Sequence record: FJ373894
Reading direction: 5' to 3' (one strand)
DNA from: Shigella phage Ag3
Length of the DNA: 64,000 bases
In this document: positions 8,560 through 18,611 of the stretch, piece after piece
Position numbering within the stretch: position 1 is the stretch's first letter
Layout of the letters: each line of letters starts with the position of its first letter
The notes under the pieces: model-generated
What the model was told of the DNA's origin: nothing
What the model saw: the letters and a program-made list of their open reading frames with translations, nothing else
Databases searched by the model: none
Made by a program: the position numbers and the translations under genes

Positions 8560-9891
8560 TTAGAACAGACCTTTGATCAGACCTTTACGGAAGTAAGGGT
8601 TGCTGTCCTGAGCGATACCATCGGCAGTCACGTAAACCTGTGGGTCCTGGTTCGCTGGGATCTGTACGAATGGGTTCGCGCAGATGCCGTAACGAGTTTT
8701 GAACGCCATACGTGGGCTGAAGGTGGTTTCACCCTGGGTGCGGTACATTTCCAGCGGTACATACGGCGCGAAGAAGATACCAGCATCCAGCGCGGTCGCG
8801 CCTTTGTATGCCAGGGTGATGTACTCTGCTACTGCATACGGGTCGATGTAAACGCGCATGCCGTTAGACAGAACACCAGCGAAGGTCTGACCAGTTGGGT
8901 CAATCGCCAGCTTGGTGTTTTCCTGTAGCGCCGGGGCGTAATCCAGCATGCCGGACATCGCCAGAGCAGATGCTACGTTCGGAGAACACAGAACACGGTT
9001 GCCTTTACCACGACGGGTGTCAACACCGATGCCGTTCGCTTCAACTTCCAGCATGAAAGTCATGTACTTCCATTTTTCCAGCGCCCAACGACCGGAGATG
9101 TCGGTGGAGATGTCTACAACGCCGTTTGCGCCGAATTTTTTGAAGCGTACTGCACTGAAGTTCATGGTACGGATGAACTCACGGTTCATTTCCGCCTGAA
9201 TTTCAGTTACCATCACGTCGGACAGGATGCTGTCAACGTCTTCGCCGTGGATCGCCATCATGTCCTGGCGCAGTTCATGGCTGTAGTCAGCGTACAGGCC
9301 ACGAGACTTCGCAGTCACGGTTGCTTTCTGAACGGTGATACCAACACGTGCCCATGGGTTGGTGGTGGTGCCCAGCAGTTCAGCGTCGGTGGTTGGCATG
9401 CCTTTACCGATGGTGGTCACGCCAGCGCCGGAACCTTCGATCTCGGCCTGAGTAAAGCCAGATGGATCGCCAGCCTGTACAGTACCGTCACCAGAGTAGC
9501 CGGAATCAGCTTCCTGCATGAACAGTTCTTTACGGGACTGTTGGGTGTTGGATGAGTCGCCGACGCCCTGGCGAGCACGCAGAGCAAAGATCTGACCGTC
9601 AGGACCAGACAGCGGCTGCACGCCGAAGAAGTCCATCGCGATGTTGATCGGAGCCAGACGTTTTGCCATGTCGATCAGGACTGGCTGCCATTTGCCCACA
9701 GAGTTGTTCACAGAACCAGGAGCGTCAGATTCGCCCAGGTTTTTGGCGTTCCACTCAGCCTGGTTTTGCAGCAGGCGGACAGCAACGTTTTCGGCAGAAA
9801 GCGGCTGGATACTTTCAGATTCTTTCTGAAGAACTGGCAGCCACTGCTCGCGCATTTGTTCGGTAACAAGTTTCTTAGCCATGATGGTCAT
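8560..9891 (-). CDS. major capsid protein (T4 gp23-like)
   Basis: N-terminus MTI... and FFGVQPLSGPDGQIFALRA resemble T4 gp23; sits after protease and scaffold; alternative start 9882. Confidence 0.8.
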   Translation of the reverse strand: MTIMAKKLVTEQMREQWLPVLQKESESIQPLSAENVAVRLLQNQAEWNAKNLGESDAPGSVNNSVGKWQPVLIDMAKRLAPINIAMDFFGVQPLSGPDGQIFALRARQGVGDSSNTQQSRKELFMQEADSGYSGDGTVQAGDPSGFTQAEIEGSGAGVTTIGKGMPTTDAELLGTTTNPWARVGITVQKATVTAKSRGLYADYSHELRQDMMAIHGEDVDSILSDVMVTEIQAEMNREFIRTMNFSAVRFKKFGANGVVDISTDISGRWALEKWKYMTFMLEVEANGIGVDTRRGKGNRVLCSPNVASALAMSGMLDYAPALQENTKLAIDPTGQTFAGVLSNGMRVYIDPYAVAEYITLAYKGATALDAGIFFAPYVPLEMYRTQGETTFSPRMAFKTRYGICANPFVQIPANQDPQVYVTADGIAQDSNPYFRKGLIKGLF

Positions 9892-9929
9892 TCCTTACAT
9901 TGATATTCAGTTAAGTTGAAATTACTTAG

Positions 9930-9960
9930 TAGTTCAAAATCAAGCCCCCTTTCGAGGGCT
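9930..9960 (-). terminator. hairpin/attenuator between scaffold and capsid genes
   Basis: GC stem with one mismatch, U-rich tail on minus strand. Confidence 0.4.
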
Positions 9961-9973
9961 GTGGCTGCTAAAA

Positions 9974-10840
9974 TTAGCCGTTGATGCCGAAGCGACGATT
10001 ATAGTCGGCCAACTGACGCTTGATAGATTCTTTCAGCTCTTTGTCTGTTTCATCTTCATCGTCTTTGCCATCGTCGTCGTCATCGCCTTCTTTCTTAGAC
10101 TTTTTGCCTTCGTCGACTTTGTCTTTGTCGCCTTTGTTGTCGTCGTCACCGTCTTTGCCGCCGACTTTGTCCTGGAAGTCATCGTCATCGCCTTCTTTCT
10201 TCGCGGACTTACCTTCTACCAGGTTGCGGAAGGTGTGTACGCGGGAAGCGAATTCGCTTTCGGTGGTGAACTGCACCGCTTCCAGCAGATTGACAACCGT
10301 TGCTTTCTTGGTGTCGACCATGCCTTCACAGATACGGGCGATCACAGAGTCGCGCAGAGTCGCATTCGCGGCTTCTTTGATTTGACGGTTTTCGCTTTCA
10401 GCAGCCGCAGCGCGTTGTTCTGCTTCGGTCAGGCGGGCAGTCAGCGCAGCGATCTGGCCGTTTTCGTCAGTCGCAAAGTTGATACCAGCTTCTTTCAGAA
10501 CGCCAGTCAGGCCAGTCAGCAGGTTTTCAGCTGCTTCACGCTTGATCTGAGCATCGATTGCAGGAGCGTTGGTGTTAGCCCACTCTTCTACAACAGCGTT
10601 CAGGAAGCTGTCAACTTTGGTTGCGATCTCCATCAAGTGAGACTCTTTCAGCTGAGCAATCTCAGACTGATGAGCTTCAACCAGACGCAGGCGCTCGACG
10701 TTGGCAGCGTTTTCGGTTTCTTGAATAGCGGTCAGGCGAGCGGCTTCTACTTTAGATTCCAGCAGACCAGACACTTTATCCAGGAAGTCGGTGCTGAGGC
10801 CGTTAACGCCCTCAAACAGTTTTTGCAATTCAGGTTTCAT
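9974..10840 (-). CDS. prohead scaffold protein (gp22-like)
   Basis: Helical, strongly acidic KKEGDDDD low-complexity tail; between protease and capsid genes. Confidence 0.65.
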   Translation of the reverse strand: MKPELQKLFEGVNGLSTDFLDKVSGLLESKVEAARLTAIQETENAANVERLRLVEAHQSEIAQLKESHLMEIATKVDSFLNAVVEEWANTNAPAIDAQIKREAAENLLTGLTGVLKEAGINFATDENGQIAALTARLTEAEQRAAAAESENRQIKEAANATLRDSVIARICEGMVDTKKATVVNLLEAVQFTTESEFASRVHTFRNLVEGKSAKKEGDDDDFQDKVGGKDGDDDNKGDKDKVDEGKKSKKEGDDDDDGKDDEDETDKELKESIKRQLADYNRRFGING

Positions 10841-10864
10841 GATTATTTCCTTCTGAACGATTTT

Positions 10865-10876
10865 CAGTATTTAGTG
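10865..10876 (-). promoter_or_regulatory. late-promoter-like CACTAAATACTG upstream of scaffold gene
   Basis: T4-late-like TAAATA core about 25 nt upstream of ATG. Confidence 0.35.
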
Positions 10877-10885
10877 AGGCTGAAT

Positions 10886-11554
10886 TCAGCCCAGATGTCT
10901 CAATGCGATATCGAGGCGGCGCAGGAAGTCGTCTTCGAACTGAATATTGGTTTTCACCAATGAATCGACCACTTGCCCTTTGATGTCTTTAGGAACCCAA
11001 ATTCCTGAAGATTCATCAAGCTGCCATTCAACAGATTCGCTCACAGCCTTTACATAACAAACTTGTCCAGAAGGACGGTCGACTGCATCAACAGCAGTGA
11101 GCATAAAGCCAGGTTGAACGTCGTCATAACCGTTCACCGACTTGGTCTCACCAAGGCCACGTGTAGACACGGCCAAGTTGAAGTCTGCTTCAGCCAGAGC
11201 ACGAATGATCTGGCCTTTTGGTGTATTTAGCACACGCGCTCGACCGATTGCGTTTGTACCCTCCCAACGGAGGCTCTCGGTCTTCAGCGCAGCTTCAGCA
11301 ATATCTGGGAAAGGGTAGTCGGGATGTTTGAGTTCACCGATTGCGCGACGATCCTGAACATACTCTTTGTCATATGCTTCGACAGCTGGTATGCCCACTT
11401 TCTGGAGATCGTAGTTGCGTCCATTACGGTTCACCTGATTACACATCACGAATGGACCTTCGATGAACATAGCCTTACCCCCGGTGGAGGTCGTGCTTTC
11501 ACCAATTTGGAGGTCTTTCCCTATCGCCGTGATCTCACGCAACAGTTTCATCAT
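10886..11554 (-). CDS. prohead core protease (T4 gp21-like)
   Basis: GELKHP...GRARVL...STRGLGE matches T4 gp21 GELNHP...GRARVI...SSRGLGS. Confidence 0.85.
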   Translation of the reverse strand: MMKLLREITAIGKDLQIGESTTSTGGKAMFIEGPFVMCNQVNRNGRNYDLQKVGIPAVEAYDKEYVQDRRAIGELKHPDYPFPDIAEAALKTESLRWEGTNAIGRARVLNTPKGQIIRALAEADFNLAVSTRGLGETKSVNGYDDVQPGFMLTAVDAVDRPSGQVCYVKAVSESVEWQLDESSGIWVPKDIKGQVVDSLVKTNIQFEDDFLRRLDIALRHLG

Positions 11555-11561
11555 TCGCTCC

Positions 11562-11867
11562 TTAACTCAGTCCCATCATTTTGCGGAACTTCATCGCTTT
11601 CTTCTTACGACGCTCAATCTTTCGACTGTAGCCCATACCCATGCGTTTCTTGGCTCGGATTGCCTTGCGGTTGCCCAGCTTGCGGGTACGGCGCTCACTG
11701 GCGACCATAACCTCACAACGAGAACCATCCGCAGACAATTTGAAACCAGGAGCGCACTGCAGGCGACGGCGGCGTTTACCTTTTGCATTCACCTTGTCAA
11801 TGACTTTCTGCTCGTCCATGCGGGAAGCCAGGAAATCAGCGAATGTTGCAACTTCTTCGATTTCCAT
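11562..11867 (-). CDS. highly basic small protein, possible internal head/core protein
   Basis: ORF track; Arg/Lys-rich; position equivalent to T4 gp68. Confidence 0.4.
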   Translation of the reverse strand: MEIEEVATFADFLASRMDEQKVIDKVNAKGKRRRRLQCAPGFKLSADGSRCEVMVASERRTRKLGNRKAIRAKKRMGMGYSRKIERRKKKAMKFRKMMGLS

Positions 11868-11877
11868 GATGCTCTCC

Positions 11878-12096
11878 TTATTCGTCTTGCGCAGGAGACA
11901 TGTCTTGACTCAGAGAGTTCATGACATATGCGGTGCCCTGTTGAACGAGTTCCTGGGCGCGAGCGGACAGTTCAGTTTGACATTCTGCAACAGCAGCATC
12001 GGTGTCACCAGCGATGATTGCTTTTACCAGATCGATAGCGGCCATGTTCATATCCTCTAAATGTTTTCTATACTTAGTCGAATTATTCTTCACCAC
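11878..12096 (-). CDS. small prohead core protein (gp67-like?)
   Basis: ORF track; position between portal and protease. Confidence 0.35.
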   Translation of the reverse strand: MVKNNSTKYRKHLEDMNMAAIDLVKAIIAGDTDAAVAECQTELSARAQELVQQGTAYVMNSLSQDMSPAQDE

Positions 12097-13774
12097 CAGG
12101 AGGGTTAGTCGCTGGGATGACGTTAGGTCTGAATTTCAGTGGGCTGACTTCACCGCCGCCGAAGCCGCCTGATTCATCTGCCTGCACTTCAGGATATTTG
12201 CCTTCTTTCTTCTCTTGCGCGATCTTCTCTTGCTGATCTTTGATGTCTTCGTCAGACATACGCAGCAGATTGCGCTGAGCATAATCGATAGAGAACAGGG
12301 TGCCAATGTACGGTTCGATCTGACCAAGAGCAGACATGCGTTGTGCCAGGATTTCGTTTTCCTGCTGCTCACGAATGAAGCTGTCAGATGTAAATTCGAA
12401 CTTGACAAACGGCTTGATCTTTTCGTTCCAATCAGTCTGGTCAGTGATGTTCTTCAGGATCAGCTGACGACGAAGAAGTTCAAGGAAGAATCCTGAATAA
12501 CGACGACGCAGGCCTGCGCAGAATTTGTTGAAGCGCAGTTCTTCCTGGGTGATTTCAGCAAGATTGGAACCACCGATGTTGATGGAACCTTCCTCTTGGA
12601 GGCGGCTCTTAGGGATCATCAGAGCCTCGTAGAGCTTCTCGCGGAAGTATACCACATGATCCATTTGACCCAGTTGATCGCCACCACCTACGTTGGATAT
12701 CTCCGTTGCGTTCTGCCCTTCGCGGCGCGGCAACCAGTAGTCTTCAGCGATACCCATCAGATGGGTATTGCCTGCCACTTTACCAGTGGTGCGATCATAC
12801 GCCAGACGGTTCTTGAATTTACCCATCATGGCTTGCATGTATTCTTCGGCCGACTTCTTGCCCAGCGTACCCACGTCGAGATAGAACGCTCGCTTCTCTG
12901 GAGCACGCGTGATGGCGTAGATGACCGTCGCATCCTCAGTTGTAACGAGGTTGTTCAGGGGACGGATAGCGGGGTTCAGCAAGCCTGGGATAACCCCATT
13001 GGCCAACGGATCTTCACCACTGTCGATGTAGACAACGCTTTCTTCATCAAACACCAGTTCCTGCTGTGACGGCTGGAAGTTCTGAGACGTGCCCGATTGC
13101 CCAGTAAACTGATTGCGGTTGTAGTTCGGGTTGTAGTAGTATTGAAGTTTGACTTCTCCAATTACCTCGATACCGTCGCGAACTTCTTTCTTCACGATGT
13201 ATACAGGGCGGATGCAGCGCGAATCCAGCATCACCAGTTTGGCAATACCACCTTTCTTGTTCTTTGGATCTACGACAACATGGTATGCTTGACGACCTTC
13301 TACATACCAACGACGGATCTTTTGATATGCGGTGTTGTTGAAGTCCATGAGTTCAAGAACTTCCTTGAAGGCATCATTGATCTTTTCTTTGATGGAGTCG
13401 TCGATGCCTTCAACCTTTTCCAGATTGATTGTGACGGGAGTCTCATCCTCTTCACAGGTGACGACGTCGTTCACGATAATATCGACAGCCTTACGGATCT
13501 CAGGTTGCTGAGCCATAGACTGATATTCTTCGACGACTTGTTTGACGCTGAGTAGTTCACTCTCAACGCCTACGAAATTGAATGTGTTGGCACCGCCCTG
13601 CAAGATGATAGAACCATCCTGAGCATCGTCCAGCGCAACAACAGCCGCTTTTGAAAGCAACTTCTCTTCTTGGTTCGTTACCAGTTTGTCGGTGTCTACC
13701 GGGGCTTCAATCTTCCCGCCAGTACCGAACAGACCGAAGAACCCGTTACCGAATGCACCATTACCGAATGCCAT
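12083..13774 (-). CDS. portal protein (gp20-like)
   Basis: 563 aa; synteny between tail tube and prohead core genes. Confidence 0.65.
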   Translation of the reverse strand: MAFGNGAFGNGFFGLFGTGGKIEAPVDTDKLVTNQEEKLLSKAAVVALDDAQDGSIILQGGANTFNFVGVESELLSVKQVVEEYQSMAQQPEIRKAVDIIVNDVVTCEEDETPVTINLEKVEGIDDSIKEKINDAFKEVLELMDFNNTAYQKIRRWYVEGRQAYHVVVDPKNKKGGIAKLVMLDSRCIRPVYIVKKEVRDGIEVIGEVKLQYYYNPNYNRNQFTGQSGTSQNFQPSQQELVFDEESVVYIDSGEDPLANGVIPGLLNPAIRPLNNLVTTEDATVIYAITRAPEKRAFYLDVGTLGKKSAEEYMQAMMGKFKNRLAYDRTTGKVAGNTHLMGIAEDYWLPRREGQNATEISNVGGGDQLGQMDHVVYFREKLYEALMIPKSRLQEEGSINIGGSNLAEITQEELRFNKFCAGLRRRYSGFFLELLRRQLILKNITDQTDWNEKIKPFVKFEFTSDSFIREQQENEILAQRMSALGQIEPYIGTLFSIDYAQRNLLRMSDEDIKDQQEKIAQEKKEGKYPEVQADESGGFGGGEVSPLKFRPNVIPATNPPGGEE

Positions 13775-13840
13775 GATTAAGTCCTCAACATTTTCTTGTA
13801 ATTAGTGAGGGGGAATAAGATTCCCCCAGCACTGAGGACA

Positions 13841-14374
13841 TTACAGGGACTTATCAGAAATGGCCTGGAAGTAACGCAGATCGACAGTGAACTGAGTATA
13901 TGAGTCCATTGCAGACATATCCAGTTCCAGCTGGCCGAGGTTCTGAGGCCAACCCCCCTGCAGAGTCCAGGTCTTAGTGACGTTGTCGTTCGCATCCAGT
14001 AACTCCATGATCACGTCACGGAAATAGTCATCTGGATTCGCCGCCGCACGGTTGCTGTTGCTTCCGTTAATGCACTGCTGCCAAACTTCAAAGGCGTTGT
14101 AAGCAGAGTTGTTCACGACGTTGATGAACGTAATAGGAAGCGCTTCGAAGCGACGATCACCAGGGAATGGAAGTTCACGGCCACCCCAAGGCACAAGGAT
14201 CTCACCCAGCTGGCCAGTAGGAGTGTTGGTTGTTACTGCCAACAGAGACACGTCGCGAATGGTATCCGCGCCAGCTACGAATGCTGGGAAGTTGACGGTC
14301 ACACGCCAGCGGTGCTGACGCTGTACGCCGCCCCCACGGGACATGGCCGCGCGAAATTCATTAACTGTAGCCAT
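13841..14374 (-). CDS. tail tube protein (gp19-like)
   Basis: 177 aa immediately downstream of sheath gene. Confidence 0.6.
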   Translation of the reverse strand: MATVNEFRAAMSRGGGVQRQHRWRVTVNFPAFVAGADTIRDVSLLAVTTNTPTGQLGEILVPWGGRELPFPGDRRFEALPITFINVVNNSAYNAFEVWQQCINGSNSNRAAANPDDYFRDVIMELLDANDNVTKTWTLQGGWPQNLGQLELDMSAMDSYTQFTVDLRYFQAISDKSL

Positions 14375-14427
14375 TATAGATTCTCCAAAAAGAGTTACAC
14401 AATTCTAATTAGTGCTTTCAATGAAAT

Positions 14428-14443
14428 TGCCCTCCGAAGAGGG
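14428..14443 (-). terminator. hairpin after tail sheath gene
   Basis: GCCCTC-TTCG-GAGGGC on minus strand; weak U tract. Confidence 0.4.
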
Positions 14444-14452
14444 CATGTTCCA

Positions 14453-16348
14453 TCAGGAAGCGGCTACGATGCCACCGCCAGTTTCGATCTCGCTGAACTC
14501 CATGTCCGGACGTACTGCAGCAAAGTCCAGATACACCCAGTTGATGGAGTATTCTGGTTTCAGCCAGATACCCGCAACCATCTGGTTCGCAGCGATGATG
14601 TCGGCGGTGTTGTTGTCGGCGTCGCACTTCACCTGACCATCGTAGATCGCACCCATGTTGGCCAGCTGGCGGATATACGGGCGTACAGCGTTGCTGAACA
14701 GGCTACGAGTGAATTCATCGTTGTTCTCACCAAGGTAGTATTTGGCGATGGCAGCGATGTTCTGCTCGGCCATGATGAACAGACCGCGAACGTTGATGCG
14801 GTCAAACGCAGACGGGCGAGTCAGACCAGTCTTGTCGCCGTACAGCACGATGCCTTCGTTGGAGAAGGTGACGATGCTGTTGATCTGGTTGCGATACAGC
14901 ACAGCACGCTCATCAGAAGACGCAGACCACGCCATGCGGTTATAGTTGTTGTATTTGCCACGGTTGTGGAACGCAGGGGATTTGTAGATGCCCGCGATCT
15001 CAATGCTGCGTGCCCAAACACCCGCCGTACCACCACAAGCAGGGATCCAGCGCATCTTATCGTTGTACTTGTCGTACACATACGCCCAGTTGTCGTCCAT
15101 GAAGAAGTAGGAAGAGTCACGTACCAGGCTTTCACGCCAGGCCACAACATCTTCCATCTCACGACCACGGTTGCCGACCACAACGTCACGCAGAGGAGAC
15201 ACGAAGGACACAGTGTCTTTGCGCTCGGTGGAGAGATCAATCAGTGTCTGTTGCTCAATGAGTTCTTCACAGAATGCAAACACAGGCTTGGCGTCATACG
15301 CTTCGGCATTGTTCAGGGCTTCAATGGCCGCCACACGGTTGCCAGTGTAATCGTCTACACCACCTTCGAGTTCAGTGACGCCAGCAGCCAGGGTAGTGGC
15401 GAAGGTGTACACCCAATTTGAGGTGTCGTTGATCACGTCTTTGAAGTACGCATTGGAGCCATCGGATTTCTTAGAACCCTGAGTGGCCTGCATCAGTTCA
15501 TATTTTTCGATAATAGAACCGGAAGCACCAACAGTGGTGGTCACTGCAGTCGCAGTCAGACCGTTCGCATCAGGCACGATAGCAGTCACAGTCTGAGGAC
15601 CGATTGCTTTGTGAGTGACGGTGACGGTGTTGGACTTCACGACAACAGAAGAATACACGTCAGTCAGAGCCGTCAACGCAGTGCCGATTTTGGTCGCCAG
15701 GGTGGCCGGGGTGTCAGTGTCAGTGTACGCCACGTCTTCGCCAGCAACAGAGATTGAGCCTGCACCAGTAGCCGTACCGGATACGGAGATACGATCAACC
15801 TGACCAACAGCGCCAGAAGAATCTGTGATGCGACCGACTTTGTCAACGATGACGATGTGGTATTCGCCAGCCTGTGGAGCATATGCGAAGTTGTTACGGA
15901 ATTCCCAAGTCGGGAATCCAGCAGCATCACACACGTTGATCGCAACGTCGTTACCCAGGGAGCCAGCATAGCGGCCTGTCCAGGTAATAGACGCAGATGG
16001 GGACGCGGTTTCGAAGTCCAGTTTGTTACGGATAAGGATTGCAGTCTGACCTTTGGTTACAGCGTTACGTGCCGCCGGACCGACCACACGGGTCACCCAT
16101 GCAACAGAGCTGTAAGACAGGAAGTCAGCAATCACCAGGAAGTCGGTGGCAGTTGCATCGTTTGGCTTGAAGAATTTCTTCACCAGACCAGTTTCACCAC
16201 CAGTGACCAACACAGGGAGTTCTGCTTCACCCCATTGGAATTTACCGACGGTCGCACCCTGAACAACAACGGATGGAGACGTCTGAAGCGTGGCATCACG
16301 CTCAGTCCACTGTACGGACGGCGCAACGCTGAAGCTTTGAGTTGCCAT
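14453..16348 (-). CDS. tail sheath protein (T4 gp18-like)
   Basis: ORF track 14453..16381; ATG at 16348 with GGAA RBS; YDKYNDKMRWIP and YGDKT...FDRINVRGLF match gp18. Confidence 0.85.
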   Translation of the reverse strand: MATQSFSVAPSVQWTERDATLQTSPSVVVQGATVGKFQWGEAELPVLVTGGETGLVKKFFKPNDATATDFLVIADFLSYSSVAWVTRVVGPAARNAVTKGQTAILIRNKLDFETASPSASITWTGRYAGSLGNDVAINVCDAAGFPTWEFRNNFAYAPQAGEYHIVIVDKVGRITDSSGAVGQVDRISVSGTATGAGSISVAGEDVAYTDTDTPATLATKIGTALTALTDVYSSVVVKSNTVTVTHKAIGPQTVTAIVPDANGLTATAVTTTVGASGSIIEKYELMQATQGSKKSDGSNAYFKDVINDTSNWVYTFATTLAAGVTELEGGVDDYTGNRVAAIEALNNAEAYDAKPVFAFCEELIEQQTLIDLSTERKDTVSFVSPLRDVVVGNRGREMEDVVAWRESLVRDSSYFFMDDNWAYVYDKYNDKMRWIPACGGTAGVWARSIEIAGIYKSPAFHNRGKYNNYNRMAWSASSDERAVLYRNQINSIVTFSNEGIVLYGDKTGLTRPSAFDRINVRGLFIMAEQNIAAIAKYYLGENNDEFTRSLFSNAVRPYIRQLANMGAIYDGQVKCDADNNTADIIAANQMVAGIWLKPEYSINWVYLDFAAVRPDMEFSEIETGGGIVAAS

Positions 16349-16388
16349 AATCTTATTCCTTCTCGGTAGAGTTTCGCTCAATTTGAAA

Positions 16389-16399
16389 GTTATTTAGTG
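16389..16399 (-). promoter_or_regulatory. late-promoter-like CACTAAATAAC upstream of tail sheath gene
   Basis: TAAATA core about 40 nt upstream of ATG 16348. Confidence 0.35.
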
Positions 16400-16400
16400 A

Positions 16401-18611
16401 TCACCGTCTCAGCCATTCTTCCATGGACATGCCAGAGCGTTCGTCATACACCTGAACTCCACCAAACCCTGGGATACTCTCTATAGAGTGAGGATCTGGT
16501 GTTGAAAGCACACCCCCGAAAGGTAACATCTGAGATTCTTCCATCGCAGATAATCTTCCTCTCATGTCCACAGAGATACTTGAGTTTGTGAGATCACTAA
16601 ACCATTCTTGTTTCACCGCCCATGCATAGAGCACGAGAGGCATCACACAGTCATCATGACAACCATCATCGGCTTCATACCTTGTCCCAGTCCATACGAA
16701 TGTACTGAGTTCATCTATCGTGTCTTGGTCATCAACCACCAGCATCTCACGTTCGATAAGCGCCTTGAGGTTAGCACAACCATTCGAACGCACTTTCTTG
16801 TTCGTGTTGATGCCAGGCTCAGGGCGGCGGCCACCAATTCGTTTGCCAGTACCCTTCGCATCTGTGGTAGTGAAGATGATCTCTGGGTATTCAATTTCCT
16901 GGTATAGAATTGTGATTACCTGGCCGCCCACGTCGTTGTTGGTTTCAACCAGCATCGGACACGTGCCATATTTCTCGCCCATGTCGGCGATAGTGTATGC
17001 ATACATCATTGGAGGTATCGTGTTGTTCCGATACTTGGCCGCAATCTTGTGAGGATAGTCTGTGATATCCAAGATGGTCAGAACAGAGTAATCCCCCTCC
17101 ACACCTTTGCCTGTATCGGCGATACCCATGTAGATGCGCTTCGGATCGTAATCGTGGTAGATCTTGGTGAACTCGTTCGGCTCCTGATAGAGTTTCGAGG
17201 TCATCTTGTCTAGACACTTGGCAGGTATCAGTGATCCTACAGAACCACGGAACTTGATACCGAATTCCTGATCGAAACGTGCATCGCCCAGCTTCGCCCT
17301 CTGTTTGGATTCCCAGTTCGGATCCTTGGTGTATGTTGGAACACGATACCATGGAACCTCTGTGAGTTTGAAGTCGTTGTACTGAGGGTGTTCTGGGTTC
17401 GCCTTGGTGACGATGTCGTAGAACAACCCGCGCTGACCTTTCGGCGTACTGGTCAGGATACAACGTGATGTATCTGCAGATGCAATCGCCGGGAATGTAG
17501 ACTCCCAGAATTCAAAGTCGTTTTCGATGAACGCCACTTCGTCCACATACAGTAGCGATACGGAACGACCACGGATAGAGTCAGAAGATGTCGCATAAGC
17601 ATAGATCTTCGATCCGTTTTCGAACTCGATGAGTGTGGAGCCGAACTTCTCACAACCCTGTTGGAGGAAGAATGGCAAATCCTGGTATGCCTTGCGGATA
17701 CGGTCTAGGATTTCAATCGCCTGCTTCTCTTTGTTCGCCAGTACCGCGATCTCTTTGTCAGAGTGGAACATCGCATACCAGAGCAGGAACGCTGCTACGA
17801 CTGTCGTGTTGTGGCTGAGGAAGCCGTTGGTGTAGTAGCGCTGATCACTAGATTTCACCTGCAGGTCAAACATGTGATGCATCTCACCAGTCTGCCATAC
17901 CTCAACGACTTCTTCTAGACCTTCTTCGGTCATTAGCCGTGAACCAGCAACCAGATCTTTAGCAAACACTTCCTTCATGTTCTGATTGAAGAACATGTGA
18001 TCATCGGCCACGTTGATACGACGACCACTGGAAGTGATGACAACGTACTCTTGGTACAGCTTAGTCTTGTGCGCGGCGATGACAGGCACCCAGCCTTTGT
18101 CACAGCGAACAAAATAACGCTTGCCGAAGCGGCTGTCTACGAACTTATCGTGTTTGCCAAAGGCATTCAGTGGCTCGGCGTGATTTGGTCCCTCGAAGCG
18201 GCTGTGAAGCTCCTCGATGGTGACTTTAAACTCTTCTTGGCTGAACGTATCGTAAACCTCGACGATGCTGTCACCCTTCACACACTTACCAGACTGACGC
18301 GCCTGAACCACGGCGTTGAAGCGGTGATCCTGGAAGTCATGGAACAGCTGCTTCTGATAATCATGCATATCGAAGAGGATGAAGCCCTTATCGATGGTCG
18401 TGATCTTGTAGTAGTTGGCGGCGAAGTAATGAGCGTCCATTGCGCACTCAACGAACTCCGATTCTTGATCGTCGGTCAACATCAACTCTACACGAGGAGC
18501 ACGCACAGACGGCTTGCGCATGAACGTCTGGTCCATACGCAATCTGACATCATCAATCTTGAATCCCGTCTTTATCGGGGCATATTCAATATCACGCTTC
18601 TGATACGCCAT
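16401..18611 (-). CDS. terminase large subunit (T4 gp17-like) carrying an intein
   Basis: MHDYQK, RQSGK|TTVVA and AYATSSDSIRG...YVDEVAFI match gp17; ORF track starts at GTG 18620, ATG 18611 has RBS. Confidence 0.9.
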   Translation of the reverse strand: MAYQKRDIEYAPIKTGFKIDDVRLRMDQTFMRKPSVRAPRVELMLTDDQESEFVECAMDAHYFAANYYKITTIDKGFILFDMHDYQKQLFHDFQDHRFNAVVQARQSGKCVKGDSIVEVYDTFSQEEFKVTIEELHSRFEGPNHAEPLNAFGKHDKFVDSRFGKRYFVRCDKGWVPVIAAHKTKLYQEYVVITSSGRRINVADDHMFFNQNMKEVFAKDLVAGSRLMTEEGLEEVVEVWQTGEMHHMFDLQVKSSDQRYYTNGFLSHNTTVVAAFLLWYAMFHSDKEIAVLANKEKQAIEILDRIRKAYQDLPFFLQQGCEKFGSTLIEFENGSKIYAYATSSDSIRGRSVSLLYVDEVAFIENDFEFWESTFPAIASADTSRCILTSTPKGQRGLFYDIVTKANPEHPQYNDFKLTEVPWYRVPTYTKDPNWESKQRAKLGDARFDQEFGIKFRGSVGSLIPAKCLDKMTSKLYQEPNEFTKIYHDYDPKRIYMGIADTGKGVEGDYSVLTILDITDYPHKIAAKYRNNTIPPMMYAYTIADMGEKYGTCPMLVETNNDVGGQVITILYQEIEYPEIIFTTTDAKGTGKRIGGRRPEPGINTNKKVRSNGCANLKALIEREMLVVDDQDTIDELSTFVWTGTRYEADDGCHDDCVMPLVLYAWAVKQEWFSDLTNSSISVDMRGRLSAMEESQMLPFGGVLSTPDPHSIESIPGFGGVQVYDERSGMSMEEWLRR
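17808..18284 (-). mobile_element. mini-intein (159 aa) in terminase Walker A motif
   Basis: Begins CVKGDSIVEV after RQSGK, ends HMFDLQV...NGFLSHN followed by T; removal restores RQSGKTTVVA. Confidence 0.8.

Noticed and set aside
10020-10230. Repetitive GTCGTCGTCATCGCC sequence that could suggest a tandem repeat or CRISPR-like array
   Set aside because: It is the in-frame acidic low-complexity tail of the scaffold protein; no repeat-spacer architecture anywhere in the window.
14312-15421. 369-aa plus-strand ORF overlapping the tail sheath gene
   Set aside because: Antisense to a gene with clear T4 gp18 similarity.
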